64,000 nt of DNA from Octopus vulgaris. Taxonomy: Eukaryota. The notes under the pieces were generated by a model that was not told where the DNA came from, did not search any database, and was given only the letters and a program-made list of their open reading frames with translations. The translations under genes were made by a program, and so were the position numbers. The DNA lies in NCBI GenBank assembly GCA_951406725.2, contig OX597835.1, positions 16,368,001 through 16,432,000 of the forward strand, written 5' to 3'. Positions 1 through 14,640 of the stretch are shown here, piece after piece; positions within the stretch are counted from its first letter, which is position 1, and every line of letters starts with the position of its first letter.

Positions 1-296
1 TACATACGTGTACACACACACACGCGCGCACACACATCTATATGTGTATAACTACAGACAAGCACACACACACACGAAGATTTAACTATCTATAGGGCAT
101 TGTGAGCCGATGCATGTACTGTGAACGTACGCTGAAGTCTTCAGGTGCAGATGGCAGAATTTCAAGATTTACAAGAGGCTAAACATGGGGAGGTGCACAT
201 GTGCAAACAACAATGGCAGTAGCAGCAGCATGTAGCATGTAGCAATGCTGCTCAGGGGTTGCAAGATCATGGAATATTGATTCAACCACTGGAGCT

Positions 297-357
<61 letters not shown>

Positions 358-419
358 ACATTTATGATTTATAAATGCAAACACAACATACACAAACACA
401 CACACACATCATCCATCTT

Positions 420-750
420 GTACTTGTTTCAGTCATTAGACTACGGCCATGCTGGGGCATCACCTGAAGAATTTTTAGTCGACTTGAGTCAACTCCTGTA
501 CTCATGCTTTCTTCTTAAAGCTGGTACTTATTCTATCAGTCTCTTTGGCTGAACTGCTAAGTTATGGGGACATAAACACACCAACACCAGTTGCAAAACA
601 GTGGAATATACAATATACGACACACATATACGATAGGCTTCTTTCAGTTTCCGCCTACCTAATCCACTAAGAGGGCTTTGGTTGGCTTCAGGATATAGTA
701 AGAGATACTTGCTCAAGGTGCCACACAGTGGGACCGAACCCAGAATCATA
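420..750 (-). mobile_element. SINE family B (diverged)
   Basis: Reverse-complement match to 17645-18052. Confidence 0.7.
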
Positions 751-794
751 GCAAATATTATTTTAATATTTGCTACAATTTGAGTAATCGTTAA

Positions 795-1097
795 AAGGGC
801 ACCATTCGAGCGTGATCGTTACCAATGTCGCTTCACTGGCACCTGTGCCGGTGGCACGTGTAAAAAGATTCGAGCGAGGTCATTGCCAGTACCACCTGAC
901 TGGCCCCCGTGCCAGTGGCATGTAAAAAGCATGCACTACACTCTCGGAGTGGTTGGCATTAGGAAGGGCATCCAGCTGTAGAAACTCTGCCAGATCAAGA
1001 TTGGAGCCTGGTGCAGCCATCTGGTTTGCCAGCCTTCAGTCAAAATCGTCCAACTCATGCTAACATGGAAAGCGGACGTTAAACGATGATGATGATG
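795..1097 (+). mobile_element. (GAT)n-tailed retroposon family D (3' end of an RTE-like LINE or derived SINE)
   Basis: ggaagggcatccagctgtagaaa...catggaaagcggacgttaaacgatgatgat; internal ~50-bp repeats. Confidence 0.75.
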
Positions 1098-2365
1098 TAG
1101 TTGCTAAGCATGCCATGCAGTAAGAGAGAATCCAGGAACTTGTGATTAAAGGAAAGAACTTCTCAACCATGAGGCCATGTATGGATGTGCACACAACAAA
1201 ACATCTAAGCAGGAACATAAAATCCAAGGGATGACTCCATTTACTTTGGAGTTTTCATAGCATGTAGCCAGTTCTTCAGATAAGTGAACACGAGGTGGAA
1301 AAATATATGAAATCGTTTTTTGGGGATTTGGGGGGATGGAGTCAGCAGAAGAGATGAAAGAGTCCACCTGTTATAGTTACAATGATGAGGGTTCCAGCTG
1401 ATCCGATGAACAGAACAGCTTGCCCATGGAATTAACAAGCAAGTGGCTGAGCACTACCCTTAATGTAGTTCTCATGAATATTCAGTATGACACAGAATAT
1501 GACAAGGTTGGCCCTTTGAATTACAGATATACTTCTTTTTTTAATTTTTTATTTTTTTATTTTGCTTGCTTGAGTGGACTGGAGCAATGTGAAATAAGTT
1601 ACCTTGCTCAAGGGTACAGCATGCTGCCAGGAATTGAACTCATAACATTACAGTAGTGAGCCAGTTACTTTAACTCACTAAGTCATGTACTTTCATACAG
1701 ATGCAGGCACACGTATGCACAAAATGACACACCTACATATACTTACTCTACTCTACACAGAGGTATGAATGCATATAATCACACATACCGGCCTATGAAG
1801 GAGAGAAAAGGTGGCAGAACAGGGATCTTAGGCAAAAGCTCACATAAAACTGACATATCAGCCAACACATATACAGCTGTGCATTTAGAGACACTATAGC
1901 ATGATGACCTAGCTGAAGGTCACTGTGAAGACCATATTTGGCCAACCAATATATAGTTATGACATTTGCAGACCATTTACAATCTTTGAAAGATAGAAAA
2001 ATTGATTATAACTTCAAATGGGAAAGTGTTCAAGAAACCAAAGGTCTATGTAAACAGAGCTTAGAAGTACAGATTGTTTTAACAGAGAGTATGACTTCTA
2101 CAAGGCTTAAAAGCCTCTAATGTCTAACTCAACTATATCAATGAAATTTTTACAAGATGTCCTCACGTGGAAAGATACATAAATTCTGTTTTGACACTTC
2201 CTGCATTTTGCGTTTTTGTCAGCTTCCTCATTTAAAACCTTTATCCCTTACCTCTCTTACAGTATTCTGATAACCTTTATTCCTACAAACTTTGCTAATC
2301 CACTGCCACCAAAGCCTTGTAAATAGATTTGGAAAATAGTGAAAGATTATACACACACACACACA

Positions 2366-2747
2366 TCTCTCTCTATATAAACGGCAGTTTGTCTGTGCGT
2401 GTTTCTGTGTGTCTGTTTGCTTGTACCCTCACCCTGACCACGGCTTTCAACCGATTCAGATGAAACTTGACACACACATAGCCCAATGTCATAATTCAAA
2501 ACTAACGCAGCGAAAAATTTGAAAAGTTCCCCCAGTTCTGAACAAAATCGATAAATTTGACATGGGGTCGAGAATCAGAAACACAAACCACAAACTGTCT
2601 AGGGGACGCAACTCCACCTTTTTTAATTAAAAAAAAATTTACCATCATTTTTTTCCCTTTTTTTGCTATTTTTTGGCTATAACTCTCTAAAAATGCTTTA
2701 TAGTTATTTCCCTTACAAACCTGAGCAACGCCGGGCGATACTGCTAG
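2366..2747 (+). mobile_element. Non-autonomous Helitron-like element
   Basis: 5' TC start, subterminal hairpin cctgagcaacgccggg, 3' CTAG followed by T; 3' end shared with the copy ending at 26279. Confidence 0.7.
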
Positions 2748-2765
2748 TATATATATATATATATA

Positions 2766-2997
2766 TTTCTTTACTACCCACAAGGGGCTAAACATAGAGG
2801 GGACAAACAAGGACAGACAAAGGGATTAAGTCGATTACATTTACATCGACCCCAGTGTATAACTGGTACTTAATTTATCGACCCCGGAAGGATGAAAGGC
2901 AAAGTCGACCTCGGCGGAATTTGAACCCAGAACATGTAACAGCAGACGAAATACGGCTAAGCATTTCGCCCGGCGTGCTAACGATTCTGCCAGCTCG

Positions 2998-2999
<2 letters not shown>
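2766..2999 (-). mobile_element. tRNA-derived SINE family A
   Basis: Head ggcgagctggcagaatcgttagc (A box), gttcaaattcc (B box), core gactttgcctttcatcc..ggggtcgataaa, tail gtaaagaaat. Confidence 0.85.
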
Positions 3000-3036
<37 letters not shown>

Positions 3037-3523
3037 ACACACAATACATAGGTGTGTGTGTGTCTCTCTCTCTTCATTTTGACATTGTGCAGTAGTTTTA
3101 AACAAGTGCCATTGTTATGTTCATACAAGTCTTTCATTTTTCAAACAGCCATGAAAACATCCAGGGATGGAAAATATTATCTTGCTAGGAAACAGACCGG
3201 AGTTGGCAATAGTAAAAAGTGTTCAGTAGTAAAAACAAAAAGTGTACAGCAACAGATTCCATCTGATCCATGCAAGTCGAGAAAGGTGGATGTTAAAACT
3301 ATGATGGCATGCTTCTAAGCATACACATACAAATATATATTATACACACACATATATATACATAGATACACATATATGTGATATAGAAGATGGAAAGAAG
3401 TTGTAATATTGCCTGTGGGATTTGAACACTGCATCTGCTACAACTCTACAACCCTTGGCCACCTAAATTTATACACACCGACGTACTAGTGATCTGTCAA
3501 TGGGGAACTCAGTTCAAGCAGAA

Positions 3524-3574
<51 letters not shown>

Positions 3575-3631
3575 CTATGTATGTATATATATATATATAT
3601 ATATATGTCTATGTATATATATATATATGTC

Positions 3632-3666
<35 letters not shown>

Positions 3667-3669
3667 CTA

Positions 3670-3717
<48 letters not shown>

Positions 3718-3947
3718 TATGTGTATATATATATATATATATACATGTCTATGTATATATATATATATATACATGTCTATGTATGTATATATATACATGT
3801 CTATGTATATATATATATATACATGTCTATGTATGTGTATATGTGTGTGTGTGTATGTATGTATATATATATGCATGCAAGCACACCAGTAACATATACA
3901 TGCATAGACACACATCACATATTCACCATACATACACTAAATGAAAG

Positions 3948-3984
<37 letters not shown>

Positions 3985-4625
3985 AATAAACACATATATA
4001 TGCACACACAGTTATATATTTACTGCTGTATATGTTTCTACACACACACACACACACACACACATCAGTAAATATGAAAAATTCGTGGAAAACAAAGAGA
4101 CAGAGACAAGAAAATATTTGAAAAACCCGAGTATTTATGTACATGCGTGCGTGTGTGTGTGTGTGTGTGTGTGATACATGCTCATTGTGCGTGATCGTAT
4201 GTGTGTGCCTACTGGGAGATCATAGAAAGTAAGAATAACCAGGAAAGTGAAAAATCAGGAAAGGAGAAAAAAGCTGAAATATATAAAAAAACAAAAAAAA
4301 TTTGAAACAAATTTGTAAATGTGTATGCGTGTATACACACACACACACGCATACACATTACAGTGTCGCAAATATGTAAAAACACACACATGCATGCACA
4401 TACATACATGGGTGCATGTGTATACATATATGCATACGCAAACACGAATACGTTGAAAAAGTTGGAGCTTGTTCCAGAAATAGAGGAAGGAGTCTATTAT
4501 TGAGTGTGTGTGCGCGTGAGTGCGTGCGTGTGCGTGTGTGTGAGTGAGTGTGTGTGTGTGTGTGTATGTGTCTGTGCGTGTGAGTATGTGTGTGTGCGAG
4601 TGTGTGTGTGTGTCTGTGCGTGTGA

Positions 4626-4660
<35 letters not shown>

Positions 4661-4729
4661 TGAATGCATGTGAGTGTAACATTATTCATCAGTCGGAATA
4701 AACTGTGAAAGAGGAGTTACTGAGAAACA

Positions 4730-4766
<37 letters not shown>

Positions 4767-4813
4767 CATCCACACACACACTCCACTGTGAAAGAGGAGT
4801 TACTGAGAAACAG

Positions 4814-4845
<32 letters not shown>

Positions 4846-4892
4846 CATCCACACACACACACACATATATACAGATACACACCACATATATA

Positions 4893-5121
4893 TTTCTTTA
4901 CTACCCACAAGGGGCTAAACACAGACGGGACAAACAAGGACAGACGAACGGATTAAGTCGATTATATCGACCCCAGTGTGTAACTGGTACTTAATTTATC
5001 GACCCCGAAAGGATGAAAGGCAAAGTCGACCTCGGCGGAATTTGAACTCGGAACGTGACGACAGACGAAATACAGCTACGCATTTCGCCCGGCGTGCTAA
5101 CGTTTCTGCCAGCTCGCCGCC
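4893..5121 (-). mobile_element. SINE family A
   Basis: Near-identical to 2766-2999. Confidence 0.85.
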
Positions 5122-5444
5122 TAAATATATACACACCACATATATGTATTAGTATGCATGCATGTTTGTATGTGTGTTTGTATATGTATTAGTATGCATG
5201 CATGTTTGTATGTGTGTATGGATGAGTTCCAGAGAGGAAGGGGAGGAGGTAGAAGGTCTGTAGATCATTAGTCAGTGACTGCTTGTATCTGTGATACACT
5301 GTGTTTATATGAATGCATGTGTGATACGCAACATCTATATGTATGTTACGCGTGATATAACGTGTTTATGCCTGTGTGTGATATCGTACGTTCTATGTAT
5401 GTATATGTTGTTATGTAGTTTATACATATATGTGTGTGTTTGTA

Positions 5445-5735
5445 ACAGTCTGTTTATATCTATGTGTGACACAGTGCATTTATAAATGTGTATAAATATG
5501 GTGTGTTTATATCTATGTGTGACACAGTGCATTTATAAGTGTGTGTATAAATATGGTGTGTTTATATCTATGTGTGACACAGTGCATTTATAAGTGTGTG
5601 TATAAATATGGTGTGTTTATATCTATGTGTGACACAGTGCATTTATAAGTGTGTGTATAAATATGGTGTGTTTATATCTATGTGTGACACAGTGCATTTA
5701 TAAATGTGTGTATAAATATGGTGTGTTTATATGTA
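5445..5735. repeat. Minisatellite, ~58-bp unit, ~5 copies
   Basis: tgtttatatctatgtgtgacacagtgcatttataa recurs. Confidence 0.9.
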
Positions 5736-6220
5736 TGTATAAGTGAAATTCTGCCTATTTAGATGTATACTTGATAACTGTGTATATGCATGAAACAGAT
5801 CGCTTATATGAATGTATAATTGAAACAAGTGTTTATATGTATGTATGTGATACAGTATGTTTATACGCATGCGATACAGTGTGTGCGTGTGTCTATATAC
5901 ATCTGTCTCTCTCTTTATAATGTATGTGTGTTTGTGTGGAAATCAGTCTGTTTGTGTGGGACTATGTGCCAGTGTGTGTGTGACTGCTTGTTTTGCACAT
6001 CCCTGTGTGTGTGGTCACACATGTGCCTGCCCGCCTGTCTGTGTAAAACAATGGGTCTATAGCTGTATGCGTGTGTGTGTGTGTGTAACTATGTAACAAC
6101 TGATGTACTATGTCAGTGTGTTTGCCCTGTATACCTGTGTGTGTGTGAGTTCACAATGTGTGTGCATCAACACACATACAGGTGGCATGTAGATAAGCAT
6201 AAACTCACACATGCAAATAC

Positions 6221-6273
<53 letters not shown>

Positions 6274-6344
6274 TATATATACATACACACACACACACAT
6301 ATATATACATACACACATACACACACATATATACATACACACAT

Positions 6345-6400
<56 letters not shown>

Positions 6401-7199
6401 CAACTTTATTATACAATTACAATTTAACTAGAATAATTTTGATCACCATCATCAACATCGCATATATATGTATATCTATCTATCTATCTATCTATCTATA
6501 TATATATATACATATAATTTTAATTTCAATTCTTAGGTCAGCTAATGATAAAAGTGCACTTTATATATATATGTATGTATAAATGTGCATGCACATACAT
6601 GCAAATGCACTCACACACACACACACACGCACGTACAGTGTGCACTTGTACAGTGCGGACAGACTGGCAGACTGACATAGAGAAAAACTTGGCAGAGCCA
6701 AATTCTTCTGGCTCCTTCTCACCACTACCACCACTATTTTTCCAGGTCTTCCCCACCACCAACATCTTCTTAAAGGTTCTTTTTCCTCATCATTACTACC
6801 ACCACTGCTGCCATCAGCAGCAGCAGCGCCACCACCACCACCAGCTTTGGTCTTCTTCTTCTTCTTCTTCTTCCCTCCACCACAGTTGTCTTAGGACTCC
6901 ACTGGCATCCACCACTACCACTCGCACTCTTCTCTACTCTACTCTACTCTTTCTTATAAAGCAGCAATCACTTCAATGAAGCTAAAACTGCTCAGTTCAG
7001 AATGGCTAAGTCTGTTGAAAGAGAGAGAGAGAGATGGAGGGGGGAGTGAGAAAGCGAAGGGTGTTATAGCTGAGAGAGAGAGAGGGTGAAGAGAGAGAGA
7101 GGGAAAGAGAGAGAGAGGGAAAGAGAGAGGGGGAGGGAAAGAGAGGGAGTAATCTGACTGGTCTGAAACCACTGGAGTAAGAGGAGGAGGAGGGAGTAA

Positions 7200-7830
7200 T
7201 ACAGATAATAATGATGGAAGTCTTGTGGGTGATGGTGATGGTGGTGATGATGGTGATAGTGGTAATATTAATGATTGTGGTGGTGGTGGTGGTGGTGGTT
7301 GTGGTGCTGATGGTATATTGATGAAGGTGTGATGGTGGTGGTGGTAGTAGTGATGGTGGTAGCGATAACAGTGTGGCTGTGGCGTTGGTGGTATCGGTGA
7401 TGTGTGATGATGGTGGTAGTGATAATGCTGCTGATGGAAATTGTTTTTGTGGTTTGTGATGGAGTGGTGTGGCGGCGGTAGTGGTGGTGGTGGTGGTTGT
7501 AAAGGAGGTTTGAAGCCATGACGATGATGGTGGAGTCAGTGATGGTAGTGCAGATAGTGGTGGTATCGGTGGTAGTCTTGGTAATTGTAATGGTGGTGTT
7601 GGTGGTGGCAGTAGTAATTGTAGAGATAGTAGCAGTGGTGGTGGTGGTGTTGTGGAGATAGTAGTGGTGGTGGTGTTGTGGAGATAGTAGCCGTGGTGGT
7701 GGTGGTAGTGGTGGAAATATTAGAGCGTGGAGGTGATGTTTATAGTGTTGGTATTGATAGTGGAGATAGTGGTGGGTGTGGTGGTGGTGGGTGTGGTGAT
7801 ATTGGTGGAGGGGGGCGGTGGCAGTGGTTA
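7200..7830. repeat. Degenerate (GGT/GAT)n low-complexity tract
   Basis: Direct reading; flanked by (GA)n tracts. Confidence 0.9.
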
Positions 7831-8689
7831 TGATTAATGGTGGCTGTGAGTGCAGGGTAAAAATTTCGAGTGAAAGTGGAGTGAGAGTGCTTTGCAGAAG
7901 AGAAAAAAGAAACAGTGCAATGCAATTTAGTAAATGAATATGAAGAGAGGAGGGGAAGAAAAAAAAATATAGAGAGAGAGAAAGAGAGAGAGTATAAGAA
8001 ATGTGAAGACATAGATGATCAATAAAAGAAGAGGTTATAAGTAGAGAGAGAGAGAGGGGAGAGAGAGAGGGGAGAGGAGAGCAGGCAAAATGGTGGAGCG
8101 GTTTCTAACATAACATGATGTGTTGTTAGTGTGTGTGCCAGCAGTGTTGTGAAGATGTGTGTGTGTGTGTGTGTGTGTGTGTGTCTGCACACCACACATC
8201 ATCCATTCTATTTAGTTAGTAGTTCCCTTAGTCACTGGGGAAACCAAGTGTGTGTCAGTCAAACTGAATATGGAAGGACCAAGAAAAATAAAGAGAGAGG
8301 CTCACTCCATCTCTTTCCTTCCTTTCTCTCCCTCCCTCTCTCCCTCTCTCTCTGTGTCTCTCTGTATTTCTCCTTTTTCCTCTTTCTCGGAATAAATTGA
8401 AGATCAGGAGAAAAGAAAGAAAGAAAGAAAGACATAGCTATGAATAGAAAGAAAGAAGTAGAAAGAACTGAAAAATGCCATGCCAAGCCAAGTGTCTGCT
8501 GCTTCTGCCGCTGCCGCTGTCAGCCTTCATTCTGCTGCCTGTATGGCCAAGGCTTTTATTTACCTCAGCTTATTGCAAGAGGGCAAGGCTTAACGCAGAC
8601 TTCCAAAATGGCAGCCGTCAACATTTTCAACTTGGGTCAACAAACAGTTGAAATTTAAGGGATGACTCACCGCTTCATATACATACATA

Positions 8690-9510
8690 CATACATACAT
8701 ATATATATGTATATCAATATATGTATATATATATCAATATCTATCTATAACTATATATATCTTCACATATTTATGTGCGTTTATACATACATACATATAT
8801 ATGTATATCAATATATGTATATATCAATATCTATCTATAACTATATATATCTTCACATATTTATGTGCGTTTATACATACATACATATATATGTATATCA
8901 ATATATGTATATATCAATATCTATCTATAACTATATATATCTTCACATATTTATGTGCGTTTATACATACATACATATATATGTATATCAATATATGTAT
9001 ATATCAATATCTATCTATAACTATATATATCTTCACATATTTATGTGCGTTTATACATACATACATATATATGTATATCAATATATGTATATATCAATAT
9101 CTATCTATAACTATATATATCTTCACATATTTATGTGCGTTTATACATACATACATATATATGTATATCAATATATGTATATATCAATATCTATCTATAA
9201 CTATATATATCTTCACATATTTATGTGCGTTTATACATACATACATATATATGTATATCAATATATGTATATATCAATATCTATCTATAACTATATATAT
9301 CTTCACATATTTATGTGCGTTTATACATACATACATATATATGTATATCAATATATGTATATATCAATATCTATCTATAACTATATATATCTTCACATAT
9401 TTATGTGCGTTTATACATACATACATATATATGTATATCAATATATGTATATATCAATATCTATCTATAACTATATATATCTTCACATATTTGTGTGCGT
9501 TTATACATAC
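8690..9510. repeat. Minisatellite, 90-bp unit, ~9 near-perfect copies
   Basis: cttcacatatttatgtgcgt recurs at 8761, 8851, 8941...9481; explains the spurious 344-aa ORF. Confidence 0.95.
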
Positions 9511-10398
9511 ATGTTTTGCTCATATACACACACATACATAAGTGCACACATACATGTGTATCTACCTTTCTTTCTCTCTCTCCCTCTATATCTATATATT
9601 ATCATGTTTGTGTGTATGTGTGTATATATATATATACACACACATATATATGTATATATATTCTTACACATTCACAATTTCTATAATTTTACGTGATTAT
9701 ACACACATCTATATATTTATATATTACACACACACACACATTTATATATGTATCATGTATAAAATTCTTTACAACCATTTTCCAATATACAATATATAAA
9801 TATATATACACAAGTACACACACTATAAAACAGTCAAGTAGATTCTAATACTAAAGCTAGTTAGGGTGTATAAAGCCCTAGAGTGTAACAAAACCAATTC
9901 AACTTTAAGTTAAATGAAATTAAATTTTTTATGAAATTCAAGAAATTATAATTCCAAGTAAATAAATTATAGTATCCGTTGTGTGTATGTGTGTGTGTGT
10001 GCATTAATAGCAGAAACAAGCCAATATTACAACACACATAAACACACACACACTTTCTCTCTTGCAATCATGTGTTCATGACACACGCATTCACATTTAC
10101 ACATTTACTACTACAACATACTTTAACCATTGTATACACATATACACACACACACATATTTAATGGGAATTAAGTGAACAAACATATATATACACACACA
10201 CACGGCATAGATTTGTAGACACGGGCAAAAACATAGAGTACAGATGCTATGAGTGTGTGTGTATTGACTACCAGAAGTTCAATGTAGTTATACTCCAGTT
10301 AGGAGGGAGAAGCTGATTGTTACAAATGTAGTATCTTTACATAGTATTCAACACACACATACACAAAATAAATATATATATACACATACACACAGAGT

Positions 10399-10625
10399 CA
10401 AGGGGGTGCTGACAAGTTCCTGGCTTTCAGAGTATTGTGTAAGGCCTGGTTGGAGGCCCCAATCTTCCGAGTTCTTTTACAGGGCTTAGAAAAATTGAAA
10501 AATCGAAGGACTGCTGCAATAAGAATGTGAATCCGAGAGGGGAATATCTTGATTAAAATCATAATTAACTGACTCTCCTGTACTTTCTTTTACCCAAAGC
10601 CAGGGACTGTACGGCACCTCCTCAT
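10399..10625 (+). mobile_element. Mariner-derived deletion derivative/MITE
   Basis: TIRs agggggtgctgacaagttcctggcttt / aaagccagggactgtacggcacctcct; internal remnant resembling a mariner transposase C-terminus (..GLEKL...NLRGEY..). Confidence 0.65.
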
Positions 10626-10667
10626 CCATATACACACACAAACATAAAATGTATGCATGTGTGTGTA

Positions 10668-11060
10668 TCATCATCATCATCATCGTCATCGTCGTCATTT
10701 AACGTCTGCTTTCCATGCTGGCATGGGTTGGACGGTTTGACTGAGGGCTGGCGAACCAGATGGCTGCACCAAGCTCCAGTCTTGATCTGGCAGAGTTTCT
10801 ACAGCTGGATGCCCTTCCTAACGCCAACCACTCTGGGAGTGTAGAGGGTGCTTTTACGTGCCACCGGCACGGGGGGGGGAGCCCTGTCAGGCGGTACTGG
10901 CAGCGACCTCGCTCGAATTTTTTACACATGCCAACAGCACAGGTGCCAGTAAGGCGATGCTGGTAACGATCCCGCTCGAATGGTACCTCCTACATGCCAC
11001 CGGCACGGAAGCCAGTTAGCCGCACTGGCAACGATCACGCTCAGATGGTGCTCTTAGCAC
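10668..11060 (-). mobile_element. Family D copy
   Basis: (ATC)n + ttaacgtc...tggatgcccttcc + repeated ttttacgtgccaccggcac units. Confidence 0.75.
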
Positions 11061-11564
11061 CCTTGTGTAATTTAGGCATGCTACATGGTTAAATCCACTT
11101 CCCAATGACACTGCTTTGGGTTCAATCACACTACAAGACAGCTTTGGCAAGTGTCTTTGACTATAGATAGCCCCAGGCCAACAAACTTTTGTGAGTGGAT
11201 TTAGTGGGTGGAAATTAGGAGAAGCTGCTGTATGTATGTATGTATGTGTGTGTGTACGCATTTGTATCTTTTTGTCTTAACATTTTGTGGTAGTTGTAAA
11301 TGAGTACCAGAACCATGCAAGAGGTGTCCATTTACAAACTTGCATAAAAACATATCTGGCCATCAAGAAATATGACCTTTGATGGAAATAGATGAAGTCT
11401 GATGGAAAGAGCATCAACCAAAGAATATCTGCCTCAATGAATAGAACCTGTCCCCATGGAAATGTGGAAGTTAAGATGATGATAAGAATGTTCTTAAAAA
11501 TTGTTATATATTTGCTTCCCAATCGTGTGTTCTTGGGTTAAGTCTGACTGTGTGACACATTGGT

Positions 11565-11788
11565 CAAGAGTCTTGTGCAAGAGCCAGGGCAAGAGTCTTG
11601 TGCAAGAGCCAGGGCAAGAGTCTTGTGCAAGAGCCAGGGCAAGAGTCTTGTGCAAGAGCCAGGGCAAGAGTCTTGTGCAAGAGCCAGGGCAAGAGTCTTG
11701 TGCAAGAGCCAGGGCAAGAGTCTTGTGCAAGAGCCAGGGCAAGACTCTTGTGCAAGAACCAGGGCAAGAGTCTTGTGCAAGAGCCAGG
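11565..11788. repeat. Minisatellite, 25-bp unit caagagtcttgtgcaagagccaggg, ~9 copies
   Basis: Direct reading; no spacers between units. Confidence 0.95.
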
Positions 11789-12628
11789 TGCCAACTAAAG
11801 CCTTATGAGTGAATTTCGGACATGGGAGCTGCAGGAAGTCTGCCATGTATATGTATATGTGTGTTCATGTGTTTACTGCTCAAAACTGCTCAACAATACA
11901 GCTATGCTCATGTTGATATACAGAGATGTCATCATCATTAACAGGAGGTATATAATGTTGGAATGTTCATGACTAAACATAACTTTAGCGACATGTTATA
12001 CACACAATATGCTTCCTGGTTGTTGAGATATGAAAAGTGTCGTATTTATACAATGGACATTTTTCTCTTCCCAACTCACATATCATCATCATCATCATCA
12101 TATCTGTGTTCCTTCACTGCATTCCTCTCTCCTCCATCTCCCACTTTCTTTTCTCACTTTCGCAAACTTGCTGCCACTCACCCTTATCCAAAGCTCTGTA
12201 CCATTTATATACACCTCCCTTTAACTTGCAGGTACATCCTAACATGGTGGTGAAGAAGCTAACATAGACAGCTTCTTCACCATCTTCCATCTCCTTTCCC
12301 AACCAGGGTAGCCATCCATCTCCTCTACAACAAGACACCTATTTCTGTCCCTCTGTCATACCCTAAATTCTCATCAACTGGCACAAAGCCACCTCCTTGT
12401 CAGTCAAGGGGCCATGTCTTGCAAGCTACTTGGTGGCCTTGCTTGGTGCCACATAAAATGCACCCAGCAAATTCTGTAAGGTAGTTGGCACTAGGAAAGG
12501 TATCCAGTCATAGAAAGGATAGTAAAGCAGACAGTAGAGACTGGGGCAAACTTCTGGCTGGCCAACACCTCTGAAAACATCCAACCCATGGAAAAAGGAT
12601 GTTTGATTACTACACACAAACATACATA

Positions 12629-12667
<39 letters not shown>

Positions 12668-12672
<5 letters not shown>

Positions 12673-12882
12673 AAGTAGATAAATGAATTATCTTATTACG
12701 GATTATTCAAATGATGCTGTGCATTTTGTTGGAGAATTAAGTTCCTGGATTTTCCTGAAGAGAAGGCTGCAAAATGGACTCCTTATTCAATCCGAATTAG
12801 GGATTTTGCAGCCTTTGAAACATATGTAGAAAATAATAAAAAGGAATTTTGTTAAATCTTCGTTCAGCTCCATTTCTTCCTA

Positions 12883-12886
<4 letters not shown>
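12668..12886 (+). mobile_element. Solo Penelope-like pLTR fragment embedded in (TA)n
   Basis: Contains a hammerhead and shares cgttcagctccatttcttc with the pLTR at ~15975. Confidence 0.75.
12749..12834 (+). ncRNA. Type I hammerhead ribozyme
   Basis: attttc-CTGAAGA-gaaggctgcaaaat...attttgcagccttt-GAAAC-atat-GTA-gaaaat. 6-bp stem I, 14-bp stem II, palindromic stem III acatatgt; predicted cleavage after 12828. Confidence 0.88.
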
Positions 12887-12931
<45 letters not shown>

Positions 12932-13288
12932 TTTATATATGTACATATTTATATACATAGACATACATATACATGTATATATGATAGATACATAGATATA
13001 CATATGACTTAGATTTTGACCAGTGGGTAGGCTATGCCTAATCTCATAGCACCCAGGTACATGGTATACACAGAAACACACAGAGTTGTGTATAAACATG
13101 CATAACACACAGACAGACAACTGTGTGTTGATGGTTAGAATAGTTCACTGTTTCTGCTATCTGGGGCATGATAAAACATATGCCAGTACCAGTAATGTAG
13201 TGAAGGTCAGAAAACCTTCTATAAGCTCCACCCATGACACTTAAAAATATCTTGCCATGTTCCAGAGTGAAAAGTCAATATCACACAT

Positions 13289-14170
<882 letters not shown>

Positions 14171-14591
14171 GCATAGATGCACCAGCCTATGGTTGTCCAT
14201 CAGATCAGACGATGGCTGTCTTGTCTCGGTTTTGTGGATTCTTTGATCAATACACATAAACACAGACTGCACACAGAAACAGAGTTGCATACACACACAC
14301 ACACACACACGTACTGGCTACAATGTTTTATGACAATTTGTTTAGGAACACAGTTCACTTTGTGTGTGTATGTCTGTGTACTGTATGTGTTTGTGTGTGT
14401 GTGTATATATGTACAAGCAGAAATTAATACACAAATATGTGTATACTTATCCATATATATTTGATGTTATGTATGTGTATATATATCATCATCATCATCA
14501 TCGTTTAACGTCCGTTCTCCATGCTAGCATGGGTTGGACGGTTCGACCGGGGTTCTGGGAAGCCAGAAGGCTGCACCAGGCTCCAGTCTAA

Positions 14592-14639
<48 letters not shown>

Positions 14640-14640
<1 letters not shown>

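Noticed and set aside
6545-7519. His/Gln/Ser-rich ORFs suggesting a transcription-factor exon
   Set aside because: Trinucleotide low-complexity sequence with stops in the plausible frames and no domain.
8662-9696. 344-aa and 246-aa ORFs
   Set aside because: Translations of a 90-bp AT-rich minisatellite.
11565-11788. CRISPR-like array of palindromic 25-bp repeats
   Set aside because: Units are directly adjacent with no unique spacers; eukaryotic context with no cas genes.
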